A DNA stretch of 64,000 nucleotides from the NCBI GenBank assembly GCA_019828565.1, contig JAHDYR010000053.1:780272-844271 (forward strand), written 5' to 3'. Source of the DNA: Carpediemonas membranifera BICM. Lineage: Eukaryota; Protista; Fornicata. A program made the position numbers and the translations under genes. This document shows positions 39,801-50,352 of this stretch, piece by piece; the stretch's first letter is position 1, and each line of letters begins with the position of its first letter. The notes beneath the pieces were generated by a model, which saw only the letters and a list, made by a program, of their open reading frames with translations, ran no database searches and was not told the origin of the DNA.

Positions 39801-40441
39801 AAGTCGGACAACACTCCTGGGATGTCGTACGGCCTTTGCTGGAACTGGAGGTCGTCAGGGCCTGTGAGAGAGCCACGGATGGTGTTGAAGAAGTGGCGAG
39901 TGATCTTGACGTTGAGGTCGCGGAGGGCAGCGGCCTGGTAGGCGGAACGACCAAACATGACAGTCATGACGATGTACGGCGTGTTGATAGGGCCAGATGG
40001 TGGGGATATGCCCAGCGTGGCGACCATGTCATGGATCAGCGTCTCCCGAGAAACGTTGAACTGAGGAATCGTATCGGCAGGGCAGCTATCAACGAACTTC
40101 TCGAGGATATTGGGCATAAAGGCCAGGATACGGTGCGTGTAGTCATGGACAGACATAGACGGCGGAGGTTCCGCGCAGACATGGTTCACAAGCTTCCCGC
40201 AAAGTTGGAAGTAGGCTGCGTGGTTCTTCCGGTGCTCAATGTTGTTCACATTACTCATGTCACAAATTGGGATCATACGAGGCACAAGGTGGTGGAATAG
40301 CGCCTGGAATGCACCAGAGGGATGACTATTGAATATGGAGACGAATTGCTGCACGTTACTGTCAATTTCCACTTGACTAGACGTGTAAGCTTGCTCTAAG
40401 ATCTGAAGGGTGCGATCTGCAGCCCTCTGATCCTCAAGCAT
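33875..40441 (-). CDS. NOT1: CCR4-NOT transcription complex subunit 1
   Basis: 2188-aa ORF; hallmark C-terminal motifs LLVLLHDYPQFL, QLRNLILSAYP, QLRFPNRHT, RPHPWGLLTTFIEL; LKNLG motif. Confidence 0.95.
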   Translation of the reverse strand: MLEDQRAADRTLQILEQAYTSSQVEIDSNVQQFVSIFNSHPSGAFQALFHHLVPRMIPICDMSNVNNIEHRKNHAAYFQLCGKLVNHVCAEPPPSMSVHDYTHRILAFMPNILEKFVDSCPADTIPQFNVSRETLIHDMVATLGISPPSGPINTPYIVMTVMFGRSAYQAAALRDLNVKITRHFFNTIRGSLTGPDDLQFQQRPYDIPGVLSDFSVYLLLAWLANLNQPNIANLAQQTQQLIVKCYSTIYTLLPQSSSVKRYLTNMRPHPQRQEAKLDAPQGPQVMSTRPAPKVTAWLTDVGPLATHPELIDAVFSRVVGSIDNPATYAQIGNAIAAMLIPVQQTYARLGPKPTTSSVVQYLKMSEIQADLGPERPFAIPTRWDLGIFFKWLEQTRQPDWSRVLRSLDTPTFVPSGVETLDRLLSALVAIPKPFDPSALFGVWQCSKAQMVLVESMFHPEIGKRYIETLTSSANLVVPEFLDRLTPSLTPEQRIHARLFSMTDLLATLLLLTEFHHESVLRIFHLGAESVPDVFCFTLASLQLHKVYGQDLTIARSKGGTYNYQVLFVRLVRNVMDQQNTVPVMREVVAVNPRSAAQALYFLYTQGQDAYVSRILDVAHEIKFIHDLITKYMPPNAFIFDLACLAYSRSIFNLHHWLQALFNPADRRQTKVDPEEAYREFLSYLNLKIAPEQQQQRRTQVAPSKFPLTSQTLMAAFQALLNSPLKTRYDQDVKYLTTTATKRGLIDQARVRHDRKVEPDTMPRVMNRMATGPRSQATLRIRVEAERAAAVRRPTEDIVKRTTLALNKIDMTQTVPPDLVPIAQQYGPWLTVYIVANRICMYSEQHRCILETMYRMGIEGIVEGLKDETLAFIRAFLDAPTLTRSTDERTQLKNLGNFFALLTISRNRPIMRDELDLYAILTTAMETDRMTAVLPFVTAILRHTKESRAISSTCGWSLMLLSLIRDIAEYYEKQGPPTPTPVYEYQSLIGKKGLNLAEVTIPSFHGQLIAGHLPVPESQRAAKVARSAAESIKERPLIAPPYGPAPQRLSQRRLFDMCKLLFRSNARFSRYVTDCVQDITTRAHKEVVSHVTGLAHIIALTMVEKDLAAEPNPVVYIETAKSIAMSTATALVGTYTRRFVTFYLRQAIDDVLHPDTPAHMGQIADYIAGWHAENAAHKAVTAARELAASSVAEALERSDAVQARRKRQHSAADRVILEQRSAVMAQLPTAQRGILGALLDGHVPSTAIRTEWAPARGPSHPIVQAARRANPDNFDGNGLPWRYATRSTQFDAYLTLVGIHMPQGLGLHYEPDQHIPVGCAPTTRQCCDELAAVLARVEAGDFGPLAIKAGMTDAEANPHLDAQITALFSWTGSVIAESARPTHVTVDSVLDPKSLGPLRQLVMTNVPLIVAATKAEARSRLAVTVGRHIVAISRDQHPALAVTAVVSVLASVLGTTHLLEVATDLPSLATIATLAEIVPMEATTGLVSKLHPVVASTNIRVVELAYICALPAHIRTAMIMTRVLDGTAVVNIACQAVTAVAALDKANNASNDDAAFVEARAAILSTAASLLSDLVLSQEATYTPQFDYSFLLSQDQLPLGGLLHIPKASADPHLNLRAALRAYIPPTDMSNFSGPKLYLRRPVDLCRIMAELDALPQPIHDPELTAAAAAGFGSDSLSPVLGRAIDQIFQQWVAADTSPSPSFITSVMGARHFVIALARLGGFRTTQAAEVCIRHMVTRAIQASTDTLSNAQPSFAAIDSFSSLFVRILCLLHDGDDSEVSPRITLLARAMTAACRMLHRAHESQRGQFNHRPYLRFFNSLYTDCLSPHPALLGLKDHILVTFCNLYHNLEPSRYPGFVFGWTQLIGDPLFMSQLLHPAGADTKKSGYFKRLLVDLLRFLNTPLKSLALTDPIRTLYKAVLRVLLVLLHDYPQFLCTQYFSLCNAIPSVAIQLRNLILSAYPYGTDMPDPLQPGLNLDQIEDMRKIPLVQPTYVTHLAQCGLKPVLDVFFNGGDINVGHVVSMLMTPEVTQRAALRYSPSVMHAAVIYCGHQLSQELPAELTTVPSDNRIYKFLLDLADRLDDEGKYALYGCMVNQLRFPNRHTAVFGKILLMMFHHQHEVPHKEIIVRVMLERLMVHRPHPWGLLTTFIELVCNETYHFWEFPFTDRKVYPHVVQTVQLLRDQKLGKR

Positions 40442-40611
40442 TGCGACTAAACGTCCTTTTTTCGTGCGTGCAAAACCCGCAAGTGCAGCTTAAGGAAATT
40501 GATTATGTGGCGACAAACTACGCGCTCTAGCACGTAGCGCACAACTCCATCAAGGTGCTACAACCCATCTGGCTCATGTTTGCTGCGAGCAGTTTAAGGT
40601 TCATCGCGACG

Positions 40612-41835
40612 ATGGCTGACAGAGACAAGCTCACTGACTTTTTTGGAGGGAAAGTACCACCACCTCCAGAGCGTACATTCGATCAAAGAGAAGCTCAGAG
40701 CGATTCTGACTATGCGAAAGCCCTCTTTAACGCTGGGATGTTCAATCGAGCAATAGACGTCTGCCTCTCCACTCTTGACACAAATTTCAAAGACTACGAT
40801 CATAAGAGTGCGTTAGAAACTATTCCTGACGACGAATGTGTGACAGACGAGCCAATTCCCGATGACAGCCCCTTCATTATTGTCCAGCCTCCCGTCGCGC
40901 ATGACCCTCGCCTTTGTGAGTATTACACACTCATGACAATTGCAATATGCTCTCTGGTTTCTATTAGGTCGCCCAAGGAGCTTGACGACGCGCTGAACCA
41001 GATTCCCGAGATCGTAAGCATCCTCCGCGACGGCTCCATCGCGGAGCAGCTCCTCATCGAACCCTACAGCCCCGAGCTTGCCCCAACAGTGTGCAAGGCG
41101 CGTCGTGTGCTGAACACCGCACCCTTGGGCCTGCTCATCGGCATCGCCCTGGGCCCATCGATCGCCCAGAACGCCAGGGCCTCCGTGACCCAGCTTGGGT
41201 TTATTAAGAGTATTATAGCCCCCTCGAACCCAGGCCGTACCGCCATTGATCTTTGCCTTTGCTCGATGCTTGTGCAGATCGGTCTTGTGAAGCCCGCATG
41301 CTCCATTATGAACGACCTCGTCAAGGTTAATCCGAGCAGAAACGTCACTGCTGCCCAGGCTCGTCTGGCCCTGCATGTTGGCGACATCTCATATGCATCG
41401 AAACTTCTGAATGAGCTCGCCGAGCTTGTCCCGAATACCGACGAGGGCGTGATTGAGCAGCTTGCCCTCAATTCAGTGGATGCATTCGCACAGCGGGACT
41501 ACGGCAAGGCCGAGGCCAACGCCATCACGGCCCACACCCGCTTCCAGGACGCCGGCTTCCCCATGCCAGTCAAACGCCACGGCCTGGCTGCATTTACCAT
41601 ATGGGCGAACGTCATGGCGCAGAGGGAGCAGTACAGGACTGTTCTCATGATCGAAGACGCCATCCGCCGTCAACCCCAGATATACTGCTGCGAGGCCGTT
41701 GCTGTGCTTCTCGTTGACCTGTACAAGTCGTCGCAGAGCGCCAGAAGGGCCAAGATTCTTATCACAGATATGAAGCTGTTGATGGAGCGCTTTGGGCCCG
41801 AGAATATGGACACAAGCATGTTCTCGATTGCATAG
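40612..41835 (+). CDS. TPR-repeat protein, TRAPPC12-like
   Basis: Helical TPR-like pattern; C-terminus IEDAIRRQPQIYCCEAVAVLLVDLY..GPENMDTSMFSIA resembles the TRAPPC12 C-terminus from memory; start taken at ATG 40612. Confidence 0.5.
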   Translation: MADRDKLTDFFGGKVPPPPERTFDQREAQSDSDYAKALFNAGMFNRAIDVCLSTLDTNFKDYDHKSALETIPDDECVTDEPIPDDSPFIIVQPPVAHDPRLCEYYTLMTIAICSLVSIRSPKELDDALNQIPEIVSILRDGSIAEQLLIEPYSPELAPTVCKARRVLNTAPLGLLIGIALGPSIAQNARASVTQLGFIKSIIAPSNPGRTAIDLCLCSMLVQIGLVKPACSIMNDLVKVNPSRNVTAAQARLALHVGDISYASKLLNELAELVPNTDEGVIEQLALNSVDAFAQRDYGKAEANAITAHTRFQDAGFPMPVKRHGLAAFTIWANVMAQREQYRTVLMIEDAIRRQPQIYCCEAVAVLLVDLYKSSQSARRAKILITDMKLLMERFGPENMDTSMFSIA

Positions 41836-41921
41836 GCAGTAGCATAGTTGATAAAAATACTTTATTGCCATCATAGCAGCTTGTAATATATACACAGTGC
41901 AGCAGAATCAAGCAGCATGAC

Positions 41922-42098
41922 TCACTTTTGCTGAGTTGGTTTCACGGCGAGAGCGGCATCGCGCTCCTCAGCTACCTTCAAGGCAGCGGATTTCAAAGGC
42001 ATGATTTCTGGCTTACTGAGTACTTCACTATACTCCGAGAACTCAGAAAACAGCAATCCAGTCTTGGGGATGATGAACTTCAGTTCTTTGGCGTCCAT
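41922..42098 (-). CDS. BBIP1: BBSome-interacting protein BBIP10/BBS18-like
   Basis: IIPKTGLLFSE..VLSKPEIMPLKS matches the BBIP10 signature (LPKxGxL...LCKPKLxPLKS). Confidence 0.75.
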   Translation of the reverse strand: MDAKELKFIIPKTGLLFSEFSEYSEVLSKPEIMPLKSAALKVAEERDAALAVKPTQQK

Positions 42099-42288
42099 TG
42101 GAAGCAATCGTGGCACGCATTATTAGGCTTCGATTCTGCAGTGGCCAGCAACACTCTCCAGCCTACAGTAGTGGTAGTAGCACACGTGAAGTTGGCACCA
42201 CTGCCAGTTTGCCTGCCTCGTTGAGCCCGAAACAATGGCAGCTGCTCGCCTACCTTACAATATCCGAAAAGTTTACACTCTACGTCCT

Positions 42289-42767
42289 CTACTCGTCCTT
42301 CTCTTCAAGGGCAGCGACACACTTCTTAAATGACTTGTACAGTTCAGCCTTGTCCTTGGTGGGCTTCTTCACCAGAATCACAGAGGTGGGTCTGCGGGTG
42401 GTGGCCGCCTCACCAAGGGCGTACTTGCTCTCAATGAATGTATATGGGATGTCGTTCTCCTTGCAGAGGACGGGGAGATGCGCGATGACGTCTACGGGGA
42501 AAACGTCGCCAGCAAGGACCATCAAGCTGAATAAGAAATCAATAATGAAACGAACCCTTCGCCTTGGTGCTTGCGGATAGCCTTTCCAACTTCTTTGATG
42601 CCTCTGCAGATGCAGCGCTCGCCAGCAGCATCAGTGATTAGTTTCAAGCACTTCTTGGACTTCTTGGAATCAGCCATCGGCTTCGCGATGGGGTTCCTGT
42701 ACATAGGAACAGCTGTGATCTGTTCTTCCGCATCGGAACCCTTCTGAACCTTGGAATGCTTGCCCAT
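42289..42767 (-). CDS. NHP2: H/ACA snoRNP protein NHP2 (L7Ae family), 29-nt intron 42527-42555
   Basis: PIAKPMA, RGIKEVGKAIRK, LAGDVFPVDVIAHLPVLC, TRRPTSV; GT-AG intron restores frame. Confidence 0.9.
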
Positions 42768-43068
42768 TGCTTGTTTGCGTCACTCAAAGCTTCTCTTGCG
42801 GGAAAAAAGATGAAGCGAAAACAGAGTGTCCTACATCCATAATTAGCCCAGTATTCCCAGTCCTGGCACACATCAGCGTCGTAAATGGTCGGTATTTTCC
42901 ATTTTGATGAACTGTACACCTCACTTGCCACGAACGGTAAGTTCGACTCCACAGATTTCGAATCCACCACCATGATGTCCTTGAAGCATAGCCGTGTCTC
43001 TATTGGGTCCTACATCCCAGTTTGACTCGTGGGTGAGTCGAGAAATCAGTCTACAGCCAGACAGGTGA

Positions 43069-43952
43069 ATGAAGCTAATTATCCGCAATATTCCACCAGG
43101 ATTCACGGACGAGGCGTTCAGACAATACATAGCGGCGCCTTTAGCTCACGCGTCGAGCTTCACGTTTCTTCCCGGCAAGCAGAGGTATGTCAGTGTGAAT
43201 TGTTGTTATCCAGCCACCGAGGGACCGTATTCGGCACCGCATTCATCACTTTCGCCAACCCAACTGTTGCGCAGGCCCTCATCAACATCCTGAACCAAAG
43301 GCAGGTCTCCGACCCTGCAGGGGCTTCATCCGTGCTGAGCGTTGTCGTCGCACCCCTCCAGTTCGAAGGCTCCTGGACCCCTGAAGCTGCAAAGGAGGCA
43401 TCTATCGAAGAGGAGCCCGACTTCAAGCGTTTCATGTCTGTTATGAACCGAGCACCCGCTCCCCTTGTCGACCCCGTACCGGTGGTGAGAGATAAGCCCG
43501 TCATTGTCACGACCAAGATCATGGAGGAGATCCAGGAGCGCGGCCGTAAGAAGATGGAGCTTAAGCAGGAGAAGCGCCGTCAGAACCAGAAGAGACGCAA
43601 GCAACGGGAGCGTCGTGCCCGCCAAGGCCAGGCGCAGGGCCAAGGTCAGGGGCAGCAGGGTGAACAGCAGGGTGAGCAGAGGGATCGCCGTAACCAGCGT
43701 GGTGGCCGGGGTGGCGGCCGGGGTCGTGGTGGTGGCCGCGGCCGTCGCCGTCAGCAGGGCCCTCCCATGCCGATGGGGATGGCGCCCCCGGTCATGCCGA
43801 TGGCCCCTATGGGCCAGCCTATGCCTATGATGCCCATTGGTCCCGGAGGAATGCCGATGATGATGCCAATGGGCCCTCCGATGCCGATGGGCATGCCGCC
43901 TCACCCCCCGCCGCCTCAGACGAGGAGCCAGTTCGGGTTCACGGTGCAATAA
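43069..43952 (+). CDS. UPF3: UPF3/Smg4-like NMD factor, 29-nt intron 43185-43213
   Basis: KLIIRNIPP RRM start, AFITF, VVVAPLQ, SIEEEPDFKRFM motif; basic/RGG and Pro-Met tail; intron joins the two ORF frames. Confidence 0.8.
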
Positions 43953-44090
43953 GACGCGTTGTGGACGTATATATTTCTCTCCTAGTCTATTGCACCCGGA
44001 GAAATAAACCCTCGTCTCAATTTACGTTGCCATAAACGGGCTTATATAATCTTAACAACTCCACCAAGAACACCACGAAGAACAAGCGAC

Positions 44091-46634
44091 ATGCAGCGCG
44101 AATTGGAGCGTCTTAAAGAACGTTTCACGAATGACGCTGTTGTGAAGCAGCTTATACCACTAATTGAACAGCACCTTGCTTCCCCGGCTGAAACTAAGAT
44201 TCTGACAGATATCGACAGCCTCTGTCGCAAGATCGCCGCGAGACCGCGCACACAAGTACATCGCCAGCTACTGAAGTCCGTTAATGCCATCAGATCGATC
44301 GTTTCGCGCAACATGGGCACCGTCCGCCTCTCCAAGAGCCCCGCTTCCGTTTCCAACGCCGTGCGGACTGCAACTCACTCTTCCCTCTCTACCCTCGCCC
44401 GGTCGAAGGCCAAGTCCATCTTCACTGAGCTTCCTACGCACCAGCTCCAGTCGTCGGACCTTTCCCCCGCCCTGGGCCCCGAGTACCATGTCCTGCTGGA
44501 CTATCCGCCCTTTGGTGGCCATGTACTGGTGCCTGAGCTCAACAGAAACACCACGATCTCCCCCGAAATTGAGTCGAATTCCGTTGGTGCGAAGATCCAC
44601 ATTGTTGCTGAAGCCAAGGCTGGAACGTCCGACCTCCCCGATACGAAGGCCAAGGTCGGTGCTACTATCAAGCCGTACTCCGAGCAGACCCCCCTTGTGT
44701 TGGACAAGCCCGTGCTGGATACGATCTTCGATGCGCTGTGCCGTCCGGTGCTTAGAGGCGACGGGGTGGGTCAGAGACACCACATGGTCGACGCTGTGCT
44801 GCCAGAGGTACACTCCTATTCCACACAGATCTTTATCAAGCTAGTAATTGATGCGCTGCTGACCGATGACGACCTAGGCCCTCTGATGGCCTTCTTCGAG
44901 CTTCTGACCAAGTGTGGCACTGAGCCCGCCACACATGCATTCACCATCCTCCTGAATGTGGCAGCCCACTGCCGCGTGATCTACGCCGAACCCACATCCG
45001 AAGACGTCCTCGTCGTCGCCGCACTCTCCAAGGTCCGCAGGCTCTGGATCCATGCGGCTTCTTGCCTCATCGCCCATGGTGAAACCGCGACCCAGCCTTG
45101 GAGAGCCGCCCTTGCAGTGTTCGGCCGCCTGTTCAGCGCGGACGGGGAGTACAAGCCGTTCCCAGACACTCCCGTCCCCGTCCCGGTCCTATGCGGCTTC
45201 CTCGACCACTCAACTGACCCGCAGGTTAAGGACAGCATCATCGTCGCCATCGTGACGGCCCTGTACGAGCGGAAGGTCACTGCACATGGCGACAAGGCTA
45301 TGGGGATCAGCCCGGCCCAGCTCGACCTCCTTGGGGGCCGCACCCGGCTCGTTGGCCTCTACCTCGACGCAACCCGGTCAGATTCTGTGTCCTGTATGAC
45401 CGTGCATCGCGTGTTCGAGGCCATTCTTGACACGGTCATCCTCGACCTCGCGAACCCTGGGGATCCTACACGCGAGGTACTTGAGATCCAGCAGGTCGAG
45501 ATCCTCGCCATCAAGGAGCTTTTTGAGTACATCCAGCTCTCGCAGTACGCACAGCTTCTGTTCCTGTCCAACGCCGCTGACTTTGTCGAGACCTTTGTCC
45601 AGTTCGTATTCAAGGAGCGGGCCGCTAACGACCCCGCCCTCAGAGCTAAGGCCGGCAAGGTTCCCCGCAAGACGATCGCCAAGGTCCTCTACGGCCTGGC
45701 AGCGATCGCCCAAACATACCACAAGCTCGATACTCCCGTGCAGAAGCTGGTTGACCGACTCATTTCTACTGGCGACCCGACAGAGGAGGGCGTGATCCTG
45801 GTGAAGCGCATGCTGTTTAGTGATGACCCACACACCCGCAACCAGGGCATGCTGGCCCTCTTGGTACTCCAAAAGCACTTTTACTCTGCCCCGGTCCGCC
45901 AGGGTGCGATCAAGACGTTGCAGAGCATGATCGACAGTCTATTCAACTCGCTGTCCCTCGCACCGCTGCCCCAGACGCGGCTTGTGTATATCCAGGTCAT
46001 GCGGCATCTGCTGGCGTACTTCCGGGCACGTGGGCACAAGGCAGAGTCCTCTGCAGCAGCCCACAACGAGAAGATCGCGGCGATATTTGAGATCCTCAAC
46101 GACTGTGCAATGCAGGTTGTCCGCGCCGAAGAGTCAGCCGACATTGTCCTCGCCGCGCTGGGCCAGGTCATCGTCGAATGGACGGTTGTGTGTAAGTCGG
46201 GGCCCGTCGCCCATAGGTCGCCTGTGACGCTATTCGCTGCCCCGCTTCCCGATGGCGAGCGGGCGATTGCGGTAACTTCGCTTGTTCAGAGGGTGTCCCC
46301 CGCAATCTACCGGCACCTCTTCCTGAAGCTCGACGCTGTGCAGCATCCCAACCTGAGGATGACAATGGCGATATTCCTGGGGGCATGCTACAAGGCGGGG
46401 CAGGTGATGCAGTTCAACAAGGCGTTGCTGAAGGACCAGCAGGCGAGCGTAGCATTCAGGGCGGCCGAGAAGATCATGGGCGGGCTACGGCAATCGAGTC
46501 CCGACAACTTCGAGGTCATTTTCCAACAGGTGGTCCGAAAGGCTCAGAAGGCCAACGACACAAGACTGCTGTCCAACGAGTATCTACAACTCATAGCCAT
46601 TCTTGGCATCATGCAGCGGCAAAGCACGAAGTGA
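44091..46634 (+). CDS. Uncharacterised 847-aa helical (ARM-like) protein
   Basis: Long ORF with host-like codon usage; C-terminal KAQ..ND.RLL.N.YLQ motif recalls a conserved uncharacterised plant/amoebozoan family (unverified). Confidence 0.8.
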   Translation: MQRELERLKERFTNDAVVKQLIPLIEQHLASPAETKILTDIDSLCRKIAARPRTQVHRQLLKSVNAIRSIVSRNMGTVRLSKSPASVSNAVRTATHSSLSTLARSKAKSIFTELPTHQLQSSDLSPALGPEYHVLLDYPPFGGHVLVPELNRNTTISPEIESNSVGAKIHIVAEAKAGTSDLPDTKAKVGATIKPYSEQTPLVLDKPVLDTIFDALCRPVLRGDGVGQRHHMVDAVLPEVHSYSTQIFIKLVIDALLTDDDLGPLMAFFELLTKCGTEPATHAFTILLNVAAHCRVIYAEPTSEDVLVVAALSKVRRLWIHAASCLIAHGETATQPWRAALAVFGRLFSADGEYKPFPDTPVPVPVLCGFLDHSTDPQVKDSIIVAIVTALYERKVTAHGDKAMGISPAQLDLLGGRTRLVGLYLDATRSDSVSCMTVHRVFEAILDTVILDLANPGDPTREVLEIQQVEILAIKELFEYIQLSQYAQLLFLSNAADFVETFVQFVFKERAANDPALRAKAGKVPRKTIAKVLYGLAAIAQTYHKLDTPVQKLVDRLISTGDPTEEGVILVKRMLFSDDPHTRNQGMLALLVLQKHFYSAPVRQGAIKTLQSMIDSLFNSLSLAPLPQTRLVYIQVMRHLLAYFRARGHKAESSAAAHNEKIAAIFEILNDCAMQVVRAEESADIVLAALGQVIVEWTVVCKSGPVAHRSPVTLFAAPLPDGERAIAVTSLVQRVSPAIYRHLFLKLDAVQHPNLRMTMAIFLGACYKAGQVMQFNKALLKDQQASVAFRAAEKIMGGLRQSSPDNFEVIFQQVVRKAQKANDTRLLSNEYLQLIAILGIMQRQSTK

Positions 46635-46883
46635 TAAACGATGTAATTTCTCGCTTTTCATTGCGACAACTGGGGGGAGACACCAAATCAAATACGTTGA
46701 GTTGGCTCATAAATGGAACAATCAAGCCCACCGGGCCCACGGAGCTGCAGCCCACCTAGCGGTGCAGGACCTCGCTTACCTCGCCTAAGTAGTCAGATCC
46801 ACGCAACCTACAACCCTCAGCAGTTTATCGGGCTATATAAATCAGATTACCGACCTGCCTGTGAGGCAGCGGGCTGCCATTCA

Positions 46884-48272
<1,389 letters not shown>

Positions 48273-49161
48273 TTATTGGCCTGTGTTATCACGGATATAC
48301 TGGGAGACGCGAACCCTCTTCGACTCTATCGTTGTCGGTGTCGACTCACGCATAATTTTCGAAGCTTTGGATCATTCCTCCTGGCCAGGACAGCTGGCCT
48401 TGGTCGTCGGGTCGAGAAGGACTATGTCTGTGGTATCTGGCTGCACGCGAGAGTACACTGTGGTTTGGAAGAGAAAGAGTTTACGAGTAAAAAGAGGTTT
48501 GGACCCTCCCAGGGATATTGGTAGATATTAATACTGACTACACTTCCCCCCCATGGCCAAGCAGTCGCGCGGCCATCACCACAACCAACATCTGGTATTA
48601 CGTGGGGCTAGAGCCACCAATCGAACTTGGGATTACGCTCGCTCATGCCGAACCACTATTGGAATTATCGACGGGATAACGACAACCAACTTCTGGGATT
48701 ACGTCTTATTGCAACCTCCAGGTGAGGTATTATGCGTAGTAAGGTGTGACCGAAAGATTCGAGGATGATATCAAAAAGATTCGGAAAAGATCTATGCAGC
48801 GCTGCTAATTAAGATATGGGTTCAGGAGCTCCTGTATAAGTATAAAAAGGACGTACCACAGCCCCGCCCCCTCGCGGGCACTCTGGGGCTCGCGCTCGAC
48901 TCGGGAATTCTGGCCCCGAGCATTTTTAGGCATTTCGCCATCGCTCATACAGAAAGTTCTGGTACGTTGGGCTGATCCGCCCCATTCTTACACAGTGCCC
49001 GAAAAAGGGGTTTTCGAGCCCCAATTCGGCTTCGTTGGCGAGTTCTGACTCTTTTTGTTCTGCGCTGTACCGAAAGTTAACCAACATCATAAGCACTGCT
49101 CCACGGACGGTAGAAGTCTCGTGGACTGTGTTTGAGATATAAATATTGTGAATAGTCCGTC

Positions 49162-50333
49162 ATGGGGATCACTATGGGCACTTCCATTCGTCATTTGGGA
49201 AAAGTGCAGGATATGTCGCTTTTTCCTGAGGAAAAGCGGCCAAACATGGCGGATACGCGTGCGCTCGACCAAATTCGTGAGCTTTCGATGGAGTTAACTG
49301 ATGACGATTATCGCAAGGTGCTCGAAAATGCCCTTGCGACGATTGCTCGGACGCAACGCTATAAGGCCCGCACGATGAGCGCCCTGCAGAAGAGGGCCAT
49401 CCGCAAGAGCGGCGGGAATGCCTCCCAGATGCCCATGATGCGGTTTGTGCGCCTCTATTCTTCTTACCTAGGATCTTCACCGTGCCGGCAACTTCCGCTC
49501 GGGAGCTCTGCCGTGTGCCGGTGGGGGGTGTGATGGAGGGGTGCTTCACGAAGCAGGCAGACCAGCTCGCCGATGTGGTTCGACGGTGCTTGGCTGGCTA
49601 CGTTAACTTCGTTGAGGTGCCCCTCGAGGGGATCTTCGATCACCTCTCCACCGGCACGCTGTGGAGCAAGGACGCAGGCGGCTTGCTCGATCTGTCAGCC
49701 GGCCTGCTGGTCCAGCTCCAGCGAGAGCATCGTGCGCTCCGCTTCCTGCGGGAGGCGTCTCGCAGCCGTGCCGAAACCGACTCCGGCATAGTCCGCGACG
49801 CCGTTGACGCCGGCGTTTTCGATCTCAAGGGCAACGGCTCAAACAGGTACGTCACCCCGGAGACCCTGTTCTCGCTCTCCCGCGCTCTCGGCTGCGGCCA
49901 GAGCCTGGCCCGCCGCACCCTGTACCGGGTCGCCGTCTTGGCCCTCGCCCCAGACTACTACCGCTTGTTCCTCCACGGGGAGCGTAGCGAGAACGTCTCA
50001 GTCACCGCCACTCACTGGGCCGCCCTGGTCGCTAACCTCCGCGCCATGGACGAGCTTCCGTCCCTGCCGGAGCGGCTCGGTCTGGCCATGCAGGTCTCTG
50101 ACCCTGAGCGCGAGTACGAGGTCCTTGACGTGCTGGGTCACGAGATCCTGACGGCTGGATCCGACCGCCGACTCATTCTTCACGTTCAGTACGCGGGCTA
50201 CACTGCCCCTACCTGCACTGGTCTGGACGAGACCCTCGCTGCCGTCAGCGTGGCTCGCGAGTATCTGATCGACTTTGAGCTCGAGGACTGGATCAAGGGC
50301 CCTGACGACGAGTCCGATGACGACTACCAATAA
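49162..50333 (+). CDS. Antisense accessory gene of element D, up to ~380 aa, 29-nt intron 49443-49471, C-terminal chromodomain-like region
   Basis: Splicing GTTTGT..CTTACCTAG fuses the 49162 and 49482 ORFs in frame; EYEVLDVLGH..LHVQYAGY..L..V.VAREYL; start codon uncertain (49162, 49213 or later). Confidence 0.75.
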
Positions 50334-50352
50334 ATCTTGATTGAGAATCCGT

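Noticed and set aside
42935-42970. B-box-like GTTCGACTCC / TTCGAATCC between NHP2 and UPF3 as a tRNA
   Set aside because: No cloverleaf or acceptor stem could be formed.
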